Shown in pieces: positions 29,382 through 38,629 of a stretch of DNA of 64,000 nucleotides. The notes under the pieces were generated by a model. It saw only the letters and a list, made by a program, of their open reading frames with translations, ran no database searches and had not been told where the DNA came from. The DNA is from Alphaproteobacteria bacterium UBA4588. GTDB lineage: Bacteria > Pseudomonadota > Alphaproteobacteria > Rhodobacterales > Rhodobacteraceae. How positions within the stretch are numbered: the stretch's first letter is position 1; every line of letters starts with the position of its first letter. The position numbers and the translations under genes were made by a program. The stretch is from positions 192,254 through 256,253 of the forward strand of contig CAJJAW010000001.1 of assembly GCA_905182195.1 (NCBI GenBank), given 5' to 3'.

Positions 29382-30269
29382 TTAGAAGCCGATTGATTTA
29401 AGATAGGCACGGTTGAGTTTAGAATCATCCACAGGTGAGGTATCACCTGCGGGATCGCAATCTTGCTCCACTGTGCACCAGCCGTCAAAGTCACTGTCCA
29501 ACAAAAGCTGTCGCACGGCTGGAAAATCTACATCGCCATCACCGAGATTGCAGAAGATACCCTGACCGCAGGCATCATAGAAACCTGTACGATTAGCTAT
29601 AACACTTGCTTTAACTTTTGGATTTATATCCTTAAAATGCATGTAATTTATACGGGAAATATTTTTTTTCATGAAGGCAACTGGGTCAAAGCCTGCGTAT
29701 GAGTGGTGACCAGTATCAAAGCAAACGCCAAGGATCTTCTCGTCTACTTCATCCAATAAACGCTCCAACTCGGGTTCAAAGTCAATAAACCCAGCCGCAT
29801 GGGCGTGCATGCCAACAGAGAGCCCGTATTCCTCAGCACCTATTTTGGCGATGGTAGCAATTCGGTCGCGATAGGAGGTCCATTCTGCGGTATCCATCTG
29901 TTCGGCTTCTGCGGCACGACCTGCGGTTGGCGCGCGGCGCGGAGAAATACTATCGATAATAACAAGCCGCGTGGCGCCATGTGCTGCAAGGGCTTTGCAA
30001 GTACGCAGAGAACCATCCAACACATCGCCCCAAGCGCCTGGATCATGAAAAGCCCGAAAAATTACACCACCGATCAACTCTTGATTAAATTCAGACAAAG
30101 CCTCTGCCAAAATAGTTGGCTCTTCTGGCATATAGCCTACTGGGCCCAGCTCAATGCCTGTGAATCCTGCATCTGCATTTTCTTTCAACACCCGCCGCCA
30201 ATTAGGGTTGCGGGCATCATCTGCAAATTCTACACCCCAAGAACAAGGCGCATTACCAATTTTAATCAT
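29382..30269 (-). CDS. xylose-isomerase-like TIM barrel protein (sugar phosphate isomerase/epimerase family; IolE/inosose-dehydratase-like)
   Basis: GNAPCSWGV..., HAHAAG, DTGHHSYAG, YMHFKD and GDGDVDFPAVRQLLLDSDFDGWCTVEQD are patterns I associate with IolE-type members of this fold. Confidence 0.75.
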   Translation of the reverse strand: MIKIGNAPCSWGVEFADDARNPNWRRVLKENADAGFTGIELGPVGYMPEEPTILAEALSEFNQELIGGVIFRAFHDPGAWGDVLDGSLRTCKALAAHGATRLVIIDSISPRRAPTAGRAAEAEQMDTAEWTSYRDRIATIAKIGAEEYGLSVGMHAHAAGFIDFEPELERLLDEVDEKILGVCFDTGHHSYAGFDPVAFMKKNISRINYMHFKDINPKVKASVIANRTGFYDACGQGIFCNLGDGDVDFPAVRQLLLDSDFDGWCTVEQDCDPAGDTSPVDDSKLNRAYLKSIGF

Positions 30270-30286
30270 CTCATAGCCTCATAATT

Positions 30287-31387
30287 TTAATAGTCTGCAA
30301 CATTGACCCATATCTTTTTGGCACTAGAATCGAAAGCCGCTGTTACAATTCGATTTACTTCCATGCCCTCATCGAAAGAAGGCCATATTGTACGTTTTTC
30401 TGCTATCGACGTTAAAAAGTCTTTGGCTTCAATTATGATCTGATCCTGATAGCCTGTGCCATGGCCGGGACCTTGGCAAAACGGAAGATAATCGGGATGT
30501 GCTGGACCTGTTAGAATTTTACGAAATCCGCGCTCAGTCTCAGGGCCTTCGGTTGTATATAGCCAAATTGTATTTTGGTCTTCCTGATCAAAACGTATGT
30601 GACCTTCAGTACCATGAATTTCATAAGCGTAGCCCATCTTGCGGCCTGTCGCCACCCGACTGAAAAACATGTGGCCTTGCGCGCCGCTTTCGAAACGGCA
30701 CATCATTTGAGCCTGATCGTCATTGCTGACTTTGACTCCATTTCTAACTTTATGCACAGTCTCTACTGAGGCACTGAGGCTTTCAATTGGGCCCATCAAA
30801 GCACGCGCGGCGTTTATCATATGTGGGGCTAAGTCACCCATTGTGCCATTTGCAATACCCTGAGATCGCCACCCTCCAATAGTTGGATCGGCAAAGAAAT
30901 CCTCAGTCATCTCTCCGCGAAACCAAGTCACTTCGCCGATACGGCCGTCAGCTAAAAACTTTCGAATTTGTTGGGCCGCTGGGGTGCGGATATAATTAAA
31001 ACCTACCATATTGGCGAGGCCAGAAGCCTTAGCGGCTGCGACCATAGATCGGCTTTGCTCTAAAGAAACACCCAGCGGCTTTTCACACAACACTGGCTTT
31101 CCTGCAGCGAAAGCTGCGAGAGCAATATCGTGATGGGTAGCCTGAGGGGAGGCAATGACAATAGCTTGTACTTCAGGATCATCGATCAAATCGTGCCAAT
31201 CACATGTGGCTTTTTCAAAGCCATAGGCTTTACGATAAATTTCGGCACTAGCAGTCGTGCTTGAACATATTGAGACAAGCCTGGGCCTTAGAGGCGTGTC
31301 AAACACACTGGCTACAGATGCAAAAGCGACGGAATGCGCTTTACCCATGTAGCCACCACCGATAATTCCAATTCCAATGTCACCCAT
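30287..31387 (-). CDS. Gfo/Idh/MocA family oxidoreductase (NAD(P)-dependent sugar/cyclitol dehydrogenase)
   Basis: IGIIGGGYMGKAHS, LCEKPL, FNYIRTPA and GPAHP motifs. Start taken at MGDIG (ATG 31387), because the longer ORF would begin inside the operator palindrome. Confidence 0.88.
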   Translation of the reverse strand: MGDIGIGIIGGGYMGKAHSVAFASVASVFDTPLRPRLVSICSSTTASAEIYRKAYGFEKATCDWHDLIDDPEVQAIVIASPQATHHDIALAAFAAGKPVLCEKPLGVSLEQSRSMVAAAKASGLANMVGFNYIRTPAAQQIRKFLADGRIGEVTWFRGEMTEDFFADPTIGGWRSQGIANGTMGDLAPHMINAARALMGPIESLSASVETVHKVRNGVKVSNDDQAQMMCRFESGAQGHMFFSRVATGRKMGYAYEIHGTEGHIRFDQEDQNTIWLYTTEGPETERGFRKILTGPAHPDYLPFCQGPGHGTGYQDQIIIEAKDFLTSIAEKRTIWPSFDEGMEVNRIVTAAFDSSAKKIWVNVADY

Positions 31388-31404
31388 ATCAGCATTCCAA
31401 AAAT

Positions 31405-31426
31405 TATTTGCAACCGGTTGCAAATA
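31405..31426. promoter_or_regulatory. perfect 22-bp palindrome TATTTGCAACCGGTTGCAAATA; candidate LacI-family operator (copy 2)
   Basis: Seen directly in the sequence. It lies 17 nt upstream of the ATG of the minus-strand oxidoreductase operon and shares an 18-bp core with 23768-23785. Confidence 0.65.
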
Positions 31427-31540
31427 TCTAATATCGTGTGGCTGCAGCCATCGTCAATACAATATAGTGGGCTGTTGCTGTATATTTACGCGCTTCTTTT
31501 AGCACTACCGTGATATTAGGCGGCTATTGGAAGTATTACT

Positions 31541-31576
31541 AAAAAAATGGCGGCCACAAGGTAAATGAGGACCGCC
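31541..31576 (-). terminator. rho-independent terminator downstream of the alpha/beta hydrolase gene
   Basis: On the minus strand, GGCGGTCC...GGCCGCC hairpin (one mismatch) followed by ATTTTTTT. Confidence 0.55.
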
Positions 31577-31587
31577 AAATTTGGTTT

Positions 31588-32241
31588 TTAGCGAGTATTT
31601 TCGGTCATTCGACGTTGAACATAAGTTTGGACCGAGTCAATCATTGGATCCATATGTGGATCCTCAAAAAAGTGACCGGCACCTTCAACTTCTTGGTGAG
31701 TAACTGTGATTCCTTTTTGTTCATGTAATTTATTTACTAAAGTCACGGTATCCTCTGGAGGTGCTACGCGGTCAGCCAAGCCATTAATCATCAGGCCTGA
31801 AGCGGGGCATGGAGCGAGGAAACTGAAGTCATACATGTTTGCTGGTGGGCTGACGCTGATAAAGCCTGTGATCTCAGGGCGACGCATGAGTAGCTGCATG
31901 CCTATCCACGCGCCAAAACTGAAGCCAGCCACCCAGCAATGTTTGGAATTGGTGTTCATGGATTGTAAATAATCTAGTGCAGAGGCTGCGTCACTCAACT
32001 CACCTATGCCAAGGTCATATTCACCCTGTGATCGGCCAACACCCCGGAAATTGAACCTCAGTACTGTGAAGCCCATATTATAAAAAGCATAGTGCAAATT
32101 ATACACAACTTTATTGTTCATGGTCCCGCCAAATTGTGGGTGGGGATGCAACACAATCGCAATGGGAGCATCTTTAGTTTTCTGTGGGTGGTAGCGGCCT
32201 TCTAGGCGGCCTTCTGGGCCAGGGAATATCACTTCGGGCAT
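31588..32241 (-). CDS. alpha/beta fold hydrolase
   Basis: 217 aa with HPHPQFGGTMNNKVV and GFSFGAW (GxSxG nucleophile elbow). Confidence 0.8.
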   Translation of the reverse strand: MPEVIFPGPEGRLEGRYHPQKTKDAPIAIVLHPHPQFGGTMNNKVVYNLHYAFYNMGFTVLRFNFRGVGRSQGEYDLGIGELSDAASALDYLQSMNTNSKHCWVAGFSFGAWIGMQLLMRRPEITGFISVSPPANMYDFSFLAPCPASGLMINGLADRVAPPEDTVTLVNKLHEQKGITVTHQEVEGAGHFFEDPHMDPMIDSVQTYVQRRMTENTR

Positions 32242-32422
32242 ATTGTTCCTTTGGTGTGTTTTGGAGCTAGCTTGGCTTGACCTAGGGCAAGTGTCAGCTT
32301 AGAACCATTCTAAATGCTCTTGCGGCGAGCCGCTGTAAGGAGTGGATTACGCAACCGTTGCGCGTAGGTCAATTAATTTGAGCGAAATGTAGCTCTGATG
32401 CCGCATGAAAGTGTAATTTAGC

Positions 32423-32881
32423 ATGAAACTTTCAACCAAAGGTCGTTATGGAATGGTTGCACTGGCTGATTTAGCCTTTTTGCCGCCCACGGAATTGGCT
32501 TCACTCACCGATGTTGCACGGCGTCAGAACATATCATTACCATACTTGGAGCAACTCTTTGTTAAGCTTCGCCGTGCCAAACTTGTTGAATCCGTTCGAG
32601 GAACAAATGGCGGCTACCGATTGGCGCGACCTGCCCATGACATTCGTGTTGTAGATATACTTGAAGCTGTAGATGAAATGGTCGATGCGATGCATAAAGG
32701 GGCAGGTGCTTCAGGCGGTGTATCTGGCAGCCGTGCCCAGAGTGTAACCAATCGTTTATGGGAGGGCTTAAGCGCTCAGGTCTATGTCTTTTTGCACCAA
32801 ACCCGTTTATCGGATGTTGTAGATAATACTTTGTCGCCCTGCCCAGCTGTTCCAAACTTATTTGAGGTTGTTGACGAATGA
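32423..32881 (+). CDS. Rrf2 family transcriptional regulator (IscR-like)
   Basis: MKLSTKGRYGMVALADLA... winged-helix Rrf2 signature. First gene of the Fe-S cluster operon. Confidence 0.9.
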   Translation: MKLSTKGRYGMVALADLAFLPPTELASLTDVARRQNISLPYLEQLFVKLRRAKLVESVRGTNGGYRLARPAHDIRVVDILEAVDEMVDAMHKGAGASGGVSGSRAQSVTNRLWEGLSAQVYVFLHQTRLSDVVDNTLSPCPAVPNLFEVVDE

Positions 32882-33927
32882 GCGGTCGCGTCTATCTCGA
32901 TCACAATGCCACTACACCGCTTCGCGATGAAGCACGCATAGCAATGGTTGCTGCCATGGATGTGGTGGGCAATCCATCATCTGTGCATTCTGAGGGGCGG
33001 GAGTCAAAGTCCATAGTTGAAAATGCCCGTAGTCAAATATCTAAAGCTTTTGGTGTTGGTGCGCACGACATTGTATTTACTGGCAGTGCAACTGAAGCGG
33101 CTGCTTTGGCGCTTAAAGATTATGAGTTTCAGGCTGGCGACATAGAACATGACTCTGTTGCCGCTTGGATTCGTCCCGATCTCCCTGTTGCCTCGGGAGC
33201 TGTTCAAGTGAGTGATCCTGCCATCACGGCTCTGCAGATGGCCAATTCCGAAACTGGGATATTGCAAAGTGTGCCGGATGGACTTGGTTTTTGTGACATG
33301 ACACAGGCTTTTGGCAAGCTGCCAACCTCGTTCAACTGGAGTGGAGCGCGAATGGGTTGTGCTTCTGCGCACAAGCTGGGTGGACCGAAGGGTGTTGGAT
33401 GTCTTCTACTAAAGCCTGGCCAAGAGCTAACTACTCAAATTAAGGGTGGTGGGCAGGAGATGGGTCGCCGCGCCGGCACTGAAAATGTGATTGGCCTTGC
33501 AGGTTTTGGGGCTGCGGCAGAAGCGGCATCTCTTGATTTGGCTAATGGAAAGTGGGCTAAAATTGAGAAATTGAGAAATATTTTAGAAAATGCACTGGAA
33601 GCTAGCGGAAAACCTATTATTTTAATAGGAGCTGAGTGGCGGCGGCTGCCAAATACCAGCTGCTTTTCGGCTCCTGGCTGGAAAGGTGAAACTCAGGTTA
33701 TGCAAATGGACTTGGCGGGTTTTGCAGTTTCTGCTGGCTCAGCCTGCTCTTCTGGGAAAGTAAAGACGAGCAGAGTGTTGCGCGCCATGGGTTACGATGA
33801 AGATATTGCGAGTTCAGCTATACGCGTATCGCTTGGCTTGCAGACGACAGAAGATGAAATTGAACAGTTTGCTATTGTGTGGCTAGCTGCTTATGAACGG
33901 TTTTTGGTACGCAAAGCGACCAGATAG
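32878..33927 (+). CDS. cysteine desulfurase (NifS/IscS-like, class V aminotransferase)
   Basis: [22 protein letters not shown] (PLP lysine) and [11 protein letters not shown] (active-site Cys loop). Confidence 0.9.
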   Translation: MSGRVYLDHNATTPLRDEARIAMVAAMDVVGNPSSVHSEGRESKSIVENARSQISKAFGVGAHDIVFTGSATEAAALALKDYEFQAGDIEHDSVAAWIRPDLPVASGAVQVSDPAITALQMANSETGILQSVPDGLGFCDMTQAFGKLPTSFNWSGARMGCASAHKLGGPKGVGCLLLKPGQELTTQIKGGGQEMGRRAGTENVIGLAGFGAAAEAASLDLANGKWAKIEKLRNILENALEASGKPIILIGAEWRRLPNTSCFSAPGWKGETQVMQMDLAGFAVSAGSACSSGKVKTSRVLRAMGYDEDIASSAIRVSLGLQTTEDEIEQFAIVWLAAYERFLVRKATR

Positions 33928-33935
33928 GTATTAAA

Positions 33936-35444
33936 ATGGCAATGGATGACGTTCAAGTCAAAGATGGTGTAGATGCGGAAACTGTAGATGCTGTTATAGC
34001 ACTTTCTGGTGCATATAAGTATGGCTGGAATACTGAAATTGAAATGGAATATGCTCCTAAAGGACTGTCTGAAGATATTGTTAGGTTGATTTCATCGAAG
34101 AACGAAGAACCTAAATGGATGTTGGAATGGCGCTTGGCAGCTTACCGGCGCTGGCTTGAACTTAAAGAGCCTGACTGGGCAATGGTTGAATATCCTAAGA
34201 TCGATTTCCAAGATCAATATTACTATGCGCGACCTAAAAGTATGGAAGAAAAACCTAAATCCCTGGATGATGTGGATCCTAAGTTGCTAGAAACCTATAA
34301 AAAGCTTGGAATTCCGCTAAAGGAACAGGCGCTCCTGGCCGGTGTGGAAGCTCCTGAAGGCGAGCGCAGAGTAGCGGTTGATGCTGTGTTTGACTCTGTG
34401 TCTTTAGGCACAACTTTTCAGGCTGAACTTTTGCAAGCTGGTGTGATTTTCTGCTCTATTTCAGAGGCCATTAGAGAGCACCCAGATTTGGTAAAAAGAT
34501 ATTTGGGTACTGTGGTTCCGGTATCTGACAATTACTATGCTACCCTAAATTCGGCAGTATTCTCTGATGGGTCCTTTGTCTATATTCCTCCCGGTGTTCG
34601 CTGCCCAATGGAGTTGAGCACCTATTTTCGAATTAACGCTGAAAATACTGGCCAGTTTGAGCGTACTCTCATCATCGCGGATAAAGAGGCCTATGTCAGC
34701 TATCTGGAAGGCTGCACAGCGCCCCAGCGTGATGTAGCACAGTTGCACGCCGCTGTTGTAGAGTTGGTTCTGTTGGACGATGCAGAGATTAAGTATTCAA
34801 CGGTTCAGAACTGGTACCCTGGTGACGAAAACGGGAAAGGCGGCATCTACAATTTTGTGACCAAACGTGCTGACTGTCGTGGTGATCGCTCAAAAGTAAT
34901 GTGGACCCAGGTAGAAACGGGTTCAGCGGTCACTTGGAAGTATCCATCCTGCGTGCTGCGTGGCGATGATAGCCAGGGCGAATTTTACTCAATAGCGATT
35001 GCAAACAATATGCAGCAGGCAGATACGGGTACAAAGATGGTGCATCTGGGTAAAAATACCAAGTCACGGATTGTGTCCAAAGGTATTAGTGCCGGCAAAG
35101 CGCAAAATACCTACCGTGGTTTGGTTTCGATGCATCCAAAGGCCAAAAATAGCCGTAATTACACTCAATGCGACAGCCTGCTTATTGGTGATAAATGTGG
35201 GGCGCACACTGTGCCGTACATTGAGGTTAAGAATAACTCATCCCGTGTTGAGCATGAGGCAACAACATCGAAAGTTGACGATGATCAACTGTTTTATTGT
35301 CGCTCACGTGGCATGGGTGAAGAAGATGCCGTTGCGCTGGTCGTAAATGGGTTCTGTAAGGAAGTGCTTCAAGCATTACCGATGGAATTTGCCATGGAGG
35401 CACAGGCTTTAGTGGCTATCTCTCTTGAAGGGTCAGTCGGGTAA
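33936..35444 (+). CDS. sufB: Fe-S cluster assembly protein SufB
   Basis: 502 aa with the conserved SufB C-terminal region (...[21 protein letters not shown]...). Confidence 0.95.
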   Translation: MAMDDVQVKDGVDAETVDAVIALSGAYKYGWNTEIEMEYAPKGLSEDIVRLISSKNEEPKWMLEWRLAAYRRWLELKEPDWAMVEYPKIDFQDQYYYARPKSMEEKPKSLDDVDPKLLETYKKLGIPLKEQALLAGVEAPEGERRVAVDAVFDSVSLGTTFQAELLQAGVIFCSISEAIREHPDLVKRYLGTVVPVSDNYYATLNSAVFSDGSFVYIPPGVRCPMELSTYFRINAENTGQFERTLIIADKEAYVSYLEGCTAPQRDVAQLHAAVVELVLLDDAEIKYSTVQNWYPGDENGKGGIYNFVTKRADCRGDRSKVMWTQVETGSAVTWKYPSCVLRGDDSQGEFYSIAIANNMQQADTGTKMVHLGKNTKSRIVSKGISAGKAQNTYRGLVSMHPKAKNSRNYTQCDSLLIGDKCGAHTVPYIEVKNNSSRVEHEATTSKVDDDQLFYCRSRGMGEEDAVALVVNGFCKEVLQALPMEFAMEAQALVAISLEGSVG

Positions 35445-35555
35445 ACCAACATGACATTTAGAATTCAGCGTAATATTTTTTTAAAAATGTTTAAAAATTA
35501 GAGCTGTTAAGCGATGAAATAAAATTATAGCCAAATTGGCTTCAGGGAATTATAA

Positions 35556-36311
35556 ATGCTAGAAATCAAAAACTTACAGGTCCAACTTGAAGAAGAGGAC
35601 AAGCAGATTCTTAAGGGTGTAGATCTGTCTCTTGAAGCCGGAAAAGTCCATGCTATCATGGGTCCAAATGGCTCTGGAAAGTCTACACTGTCGTATGTTT
35701 TGTCCGGTAAAGGTGGTTATGAGGTAACTGCGGGATCCGCTCACCTAGAAGGTAATGATATACTTTCTATGGAGCCTGAAGAACGCGCAGCTGCAGGCTT
35801 GTTTCTAGCGTTCCAGTATCCTGTAGAAATTCCCGGCGTCGGTAACATGACCTTTCTGCGTACAGCAGTAAACTCCCAGCGAAAATTGCGCGGCGAGCCT
35901 GAAATGAGTGCTGGTGAATTTTTGAAAGTGGTCCGCGCTAAAGCCAAAGACCTTAAAATTGATGCAGAAATGCTTAAACGCCCTGTAAACGTTGGGTTCT
36001 CTGGCGGCGAGAAAAAGCGTAATGAAATTTTGCAAATGGCTATGCTTGAGCCTAAAATGTGCATTCTTGACGAAACCGACAGTGGTTTAGATGTAGATGC
36101 AATGAAACTGGTGGCTCAAGGCGTAAATGCCCTGCGAGACGGCAAGCGAACCTTTCTTGTAATTACTCACTACCAACGTCTTTTGGATCATATTAAGCCT
36201 GATGTTGTGCATATAATGGCAGCAGGACGCATCATTAAATCAGGTGGACCGGAATTAGCGCTGCAGGTTGAAAATAATGGTTATTCCGATTTGTTGGAAG
36301 GGTCGGCTTAA
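35556..36311 (+). CDS. sufC: Fe-S cluster assembly ATPase SufC
   Basis: GPNGSGKSTL Walker A, FSGGEKKRNEILQM signature, ILDETDSGLD. Confidence 0.95.
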   Translation: MLEIKNLQVQLEEEDKQILKGVDLSLEAGKVHAIMGPNGSGKSTLSYVLSGKGGYEVTAGSAHLEGNDILSMEPEERAAAGLFLAFQYPVEIPGVGNMTFLRTAVNSQRKLRGEPEMSAGEFLKVVRAKAKDLKIDAEMLKRPVNVGFSGGEKKRNEILQMAMLEPKMCILDETDSGLDVDAMKLVAQGVNALRDGKRTFLVITHYQRLLDHIKPDVVHIMAAGRIIKSGGPELALQVENNGYSDLLEGSA

Positions 36312-37576
36312 TGGTATTGCCCTCAAGTGAAGCTGCAACACGAAGTGCGATGCATGATGACGGGTTGATTTCTAGCCCTGGCGCATGGGCTAAAGAGGTC
36401 CGCCAATCTGCTGCGGAACGCGCGCAAAACCAAGGTCTGCCTGAACGCCGCGATGAATATTGGAAATACACTCGTCCAGATTTTTTTGTGCAAGAATCTG
36501 TAACGCTTGAAGCGCAGGTTAGTCCTAAAATTCAAATTTTTAATAACCAATTAAAGGCAGAGATTTTATTTGAAAACGCAGTTTTGGCAGCTGAGACTTT
36601 GCCAAAAGTCGCCAATTGTTCGATAGAGAGTTTGGACGATGCTGCAGATTTAGATCTGCATTGGGTAAGTGATATTTATGGTAAGCTCGAATTGGCAGGA
36701 CAATACCCAGTTAGGCGTTCCTTAGCAGCTTTAAACACCGCTAAGGCCTCACAGGGGGTTTTGGTGCACGCTACAGGCCAAGTAAGCGACCCTATCCGGA
36801 TCCATGCGGTGTGCGCTGGCCGCACAGATGCTATTATCCATCACGTTGTGAAAGTGGACGCTGGCGCAAGTGTAACGCTTATAGAAACAGGCCAATATGG
36901 TGCGCGCTGTAATGTGGTGATGGAGGTTGAAGTGGCCGATACTGGTCACTTTCACCATATTCGCGTGCAGGATGACCATGAAATCCACGCGTTAACCCAT
37001 ATATTTGCACGTATTGGTGCTGATAGTACTTTTAAATCATTCACCATGACTTCTGGTGGAAAGATGACCCGCAATGAATGCATTTTAGAGCTTATTGGCG
37101 ATAATTCGGCTGTAAGCGTAGCTGGTGCATGTTTGGGAGATAATGACTTTCATCATGATGATACAGTTTTTATTACCCATGATGCTGTAAATTGTGAAAG
37201 CCGACAGGTATTCAAAAAAGTGCTTCGCAACGGTGCTGTTGGGGTTTTCCAAGGTAAAATCCTTGTGAAAGCGGGCGCTCAAAAGACTGATGGGTACCAA
37301 ATTAGCCAATCGTTGCTTTTGGATGAGGACAGCCAATTTCTGGCAAAACCTGAGTTAGAAATTTACGCGGACGATGTTGCCTGTTCTCACGGCTCGACCT
37401 GTGGGGCTATTGATGAGCAGGCGTTATTTTATCTTCGTTCACGTGGCATACCAGAAGCTAAAGCAGTAGATCTGTTGACTTTATCTTTTATGGCCCAAGC
37501 CATTGAAGAAATAGAAGATTCAAAAATTTCTGCAGCTATTCTAAATCATCTAACAGACACTTTGGAAGCACGGTAA
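36311..37576 (+). CDS. sufD: Fe-S cluster assembly protein SufD
   Basis: Position after sufC and the C-terminal SufB/D beta-helix pattern (...HGSTCGAIDEQALFYLRSRGI...). Confidence 0.9.
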   Translation: MVLPSSEAATRSAMHDDGLISSPGAWAKEVRQSAAERAQNQGLPERRDEYWKYTRPDFFVQESVTLEAQVSPKIQIFNNQLKAEILFENAVLAAETLPKVANCSIESLDDAADLDLHWVSDIYGKLELAGQYPVRRSLAALNTAKASQGVLVHATGQVSDPIRIHAVCAGRTDAIIHHVVKVDAGASVTLIETGQYGARCNVVMEVEVADTGHFHHIRVQDDHEIHALTHIFARIGADSTFKSFTMTSGGKMTRNECILELIGDNSAVSVAGACLGDNDFHHDDTVFITHDAVNCESRQVFKKVLRNGAVGVFQGKILVKAGAQKTDGYQISQSLLLDEDSQFLAKPELEIYADDVACSHGSTCGAIDEQALFYLRSRGIPEAKAVDLLTLSFMAQAIEEIEDSKISAAILNHLTDTLEAR

Positions 37577-37581
37577 TTTAG

Positions 37582-38058
37582 TTGGCTGTCACAAGAGATA
37601 TTGTAGAGGCGCATTTACGTCCGAGGCGGGTGATGGCTCGATTGCTTTATATGGGGCAACGCGAGGATCGAGCTTTCGCGATGCTTATGGGGGGCTGCAT
37701 GATTTTGTTCATGGCGCAGTGGCCCTTTCGGGCACGTCAGGCCCATCTAAACGGAGAGACCCTTACTGATCATATCCAGCATGATGCGCTGGGGTTAATT
37801 TTTCTGATGCCCTTGATGGCCTACGGCATTGCAGCCCTACTTCGGTTGGTTAGCCGAATTTTTAAGGCTAAAGCTGACTTCTATTCGGCACGACTAGCAT
37901 TATTTTGGGCGTTATTAGCCAGCTCTCCCACTTTGATTTTGGCAGGGATGGTGAAGGGTTTTGTTGGTCTTGGCCCAGCAAATTCTATCGTTGGTGCACT
38001 ATGGATGACCATATTTTTATGGGTTCTAGTAAACTCTCTTATCGAGGCAGAACAATGA
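37582..38058 (+). CDS. integral membrane protein embedded in the suf operon (YIP1-like), function unknown
   Basis: About 158 aa with 4 hydrophobic segments. TTG start at 37582 (uncertain). ATGA overlap with the next gene. Confidence 0.6.
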   Translation: MAVTRDIVEAHLRPRRVMARLLYMGQREDRAFAMLMGGCMILFMAQWPFRARQAHLNGETLTDHIQHDALGLIFLMPLMAYGIAALLRLVSRIFKAKADFYSARLALFWALLASSPTLILAGMVKGFVGLGPANSIVGALWMTIFLWVLVNSLIEAEQ

Positions 38059-38621
38059 ACTTTATGATTAATCTCTTGCGGTTGAGTTTGACAGATCCAA
38101 ATGCCGCTGGCATGCATATATCGGCGTTACGGCCAAGCTTTGGTACTGCGTTGAGTGCCTTTGTGGTGACTATTATTACCGCAGTTGTCTTAATATTTGC
38201 CCTGAACGGTTTTCAAACAGCGGTAATCTTGCCCGGATTTCCAGAAATATCGCCAGTATCACTGGCTGCAATCATGGGTTTGGGAACCCTTGGATTGGTG
38301 GGATCTATCTGGTTAGTAGCACATGCATTTGGAGGTAGCGGCAGCTTTCCTAATGGGATTTTAATTTTTGCATGGATCCAAATTTTACAAGTTCTGCTCC
38401 AGGTTTTGCAGGCGGCTCTGATGGTGGTTTCAATCCCATTAGCGGGTTTGGTGAGCCTAATCGCCACAGGCCTGTTGTTCTGGATCGTGTTTGGCCTACT
38501 TAATGCCTGGTTGAATTTAGGATCGATGTGGAAAGCGGCCTTGTGTTTTGTGATTGGGGTGATTGGGCTTTCTATGGCGGGTGCGGTTGTTTTGTTCTCT
38601 TTTGGGGTGAGCCCAGGGTAG
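38055..38621 (+). CDS. integral membrane protein embedded in the suf operon (YIP1-like), function unknown
   Basis: Start at MNFMINLL (ATG 38055); about 188 aa with 5 hydrophobic segments. It ends 8 nt before the sufS ATG. Confidence 0.6.
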   Translation: MNFMINLLRLSLTDPNAAGMHISALRPSFGTALSAFVVTIITAVVLIFALNGFQTAVILPGFPEISPVSLAAIMGLGTLGLVGSIWLVAHAFGGSGSFPNGILIFAWIQILQVLLQVLQAALMVVSIPLAGLVSLIATGLLFWIVFGLLNAWLNLGSMWKAALCFVIGVIGLSMAGAVVLFSFGVSPG

Positions 38622-38629
38622 GTGGCGTT

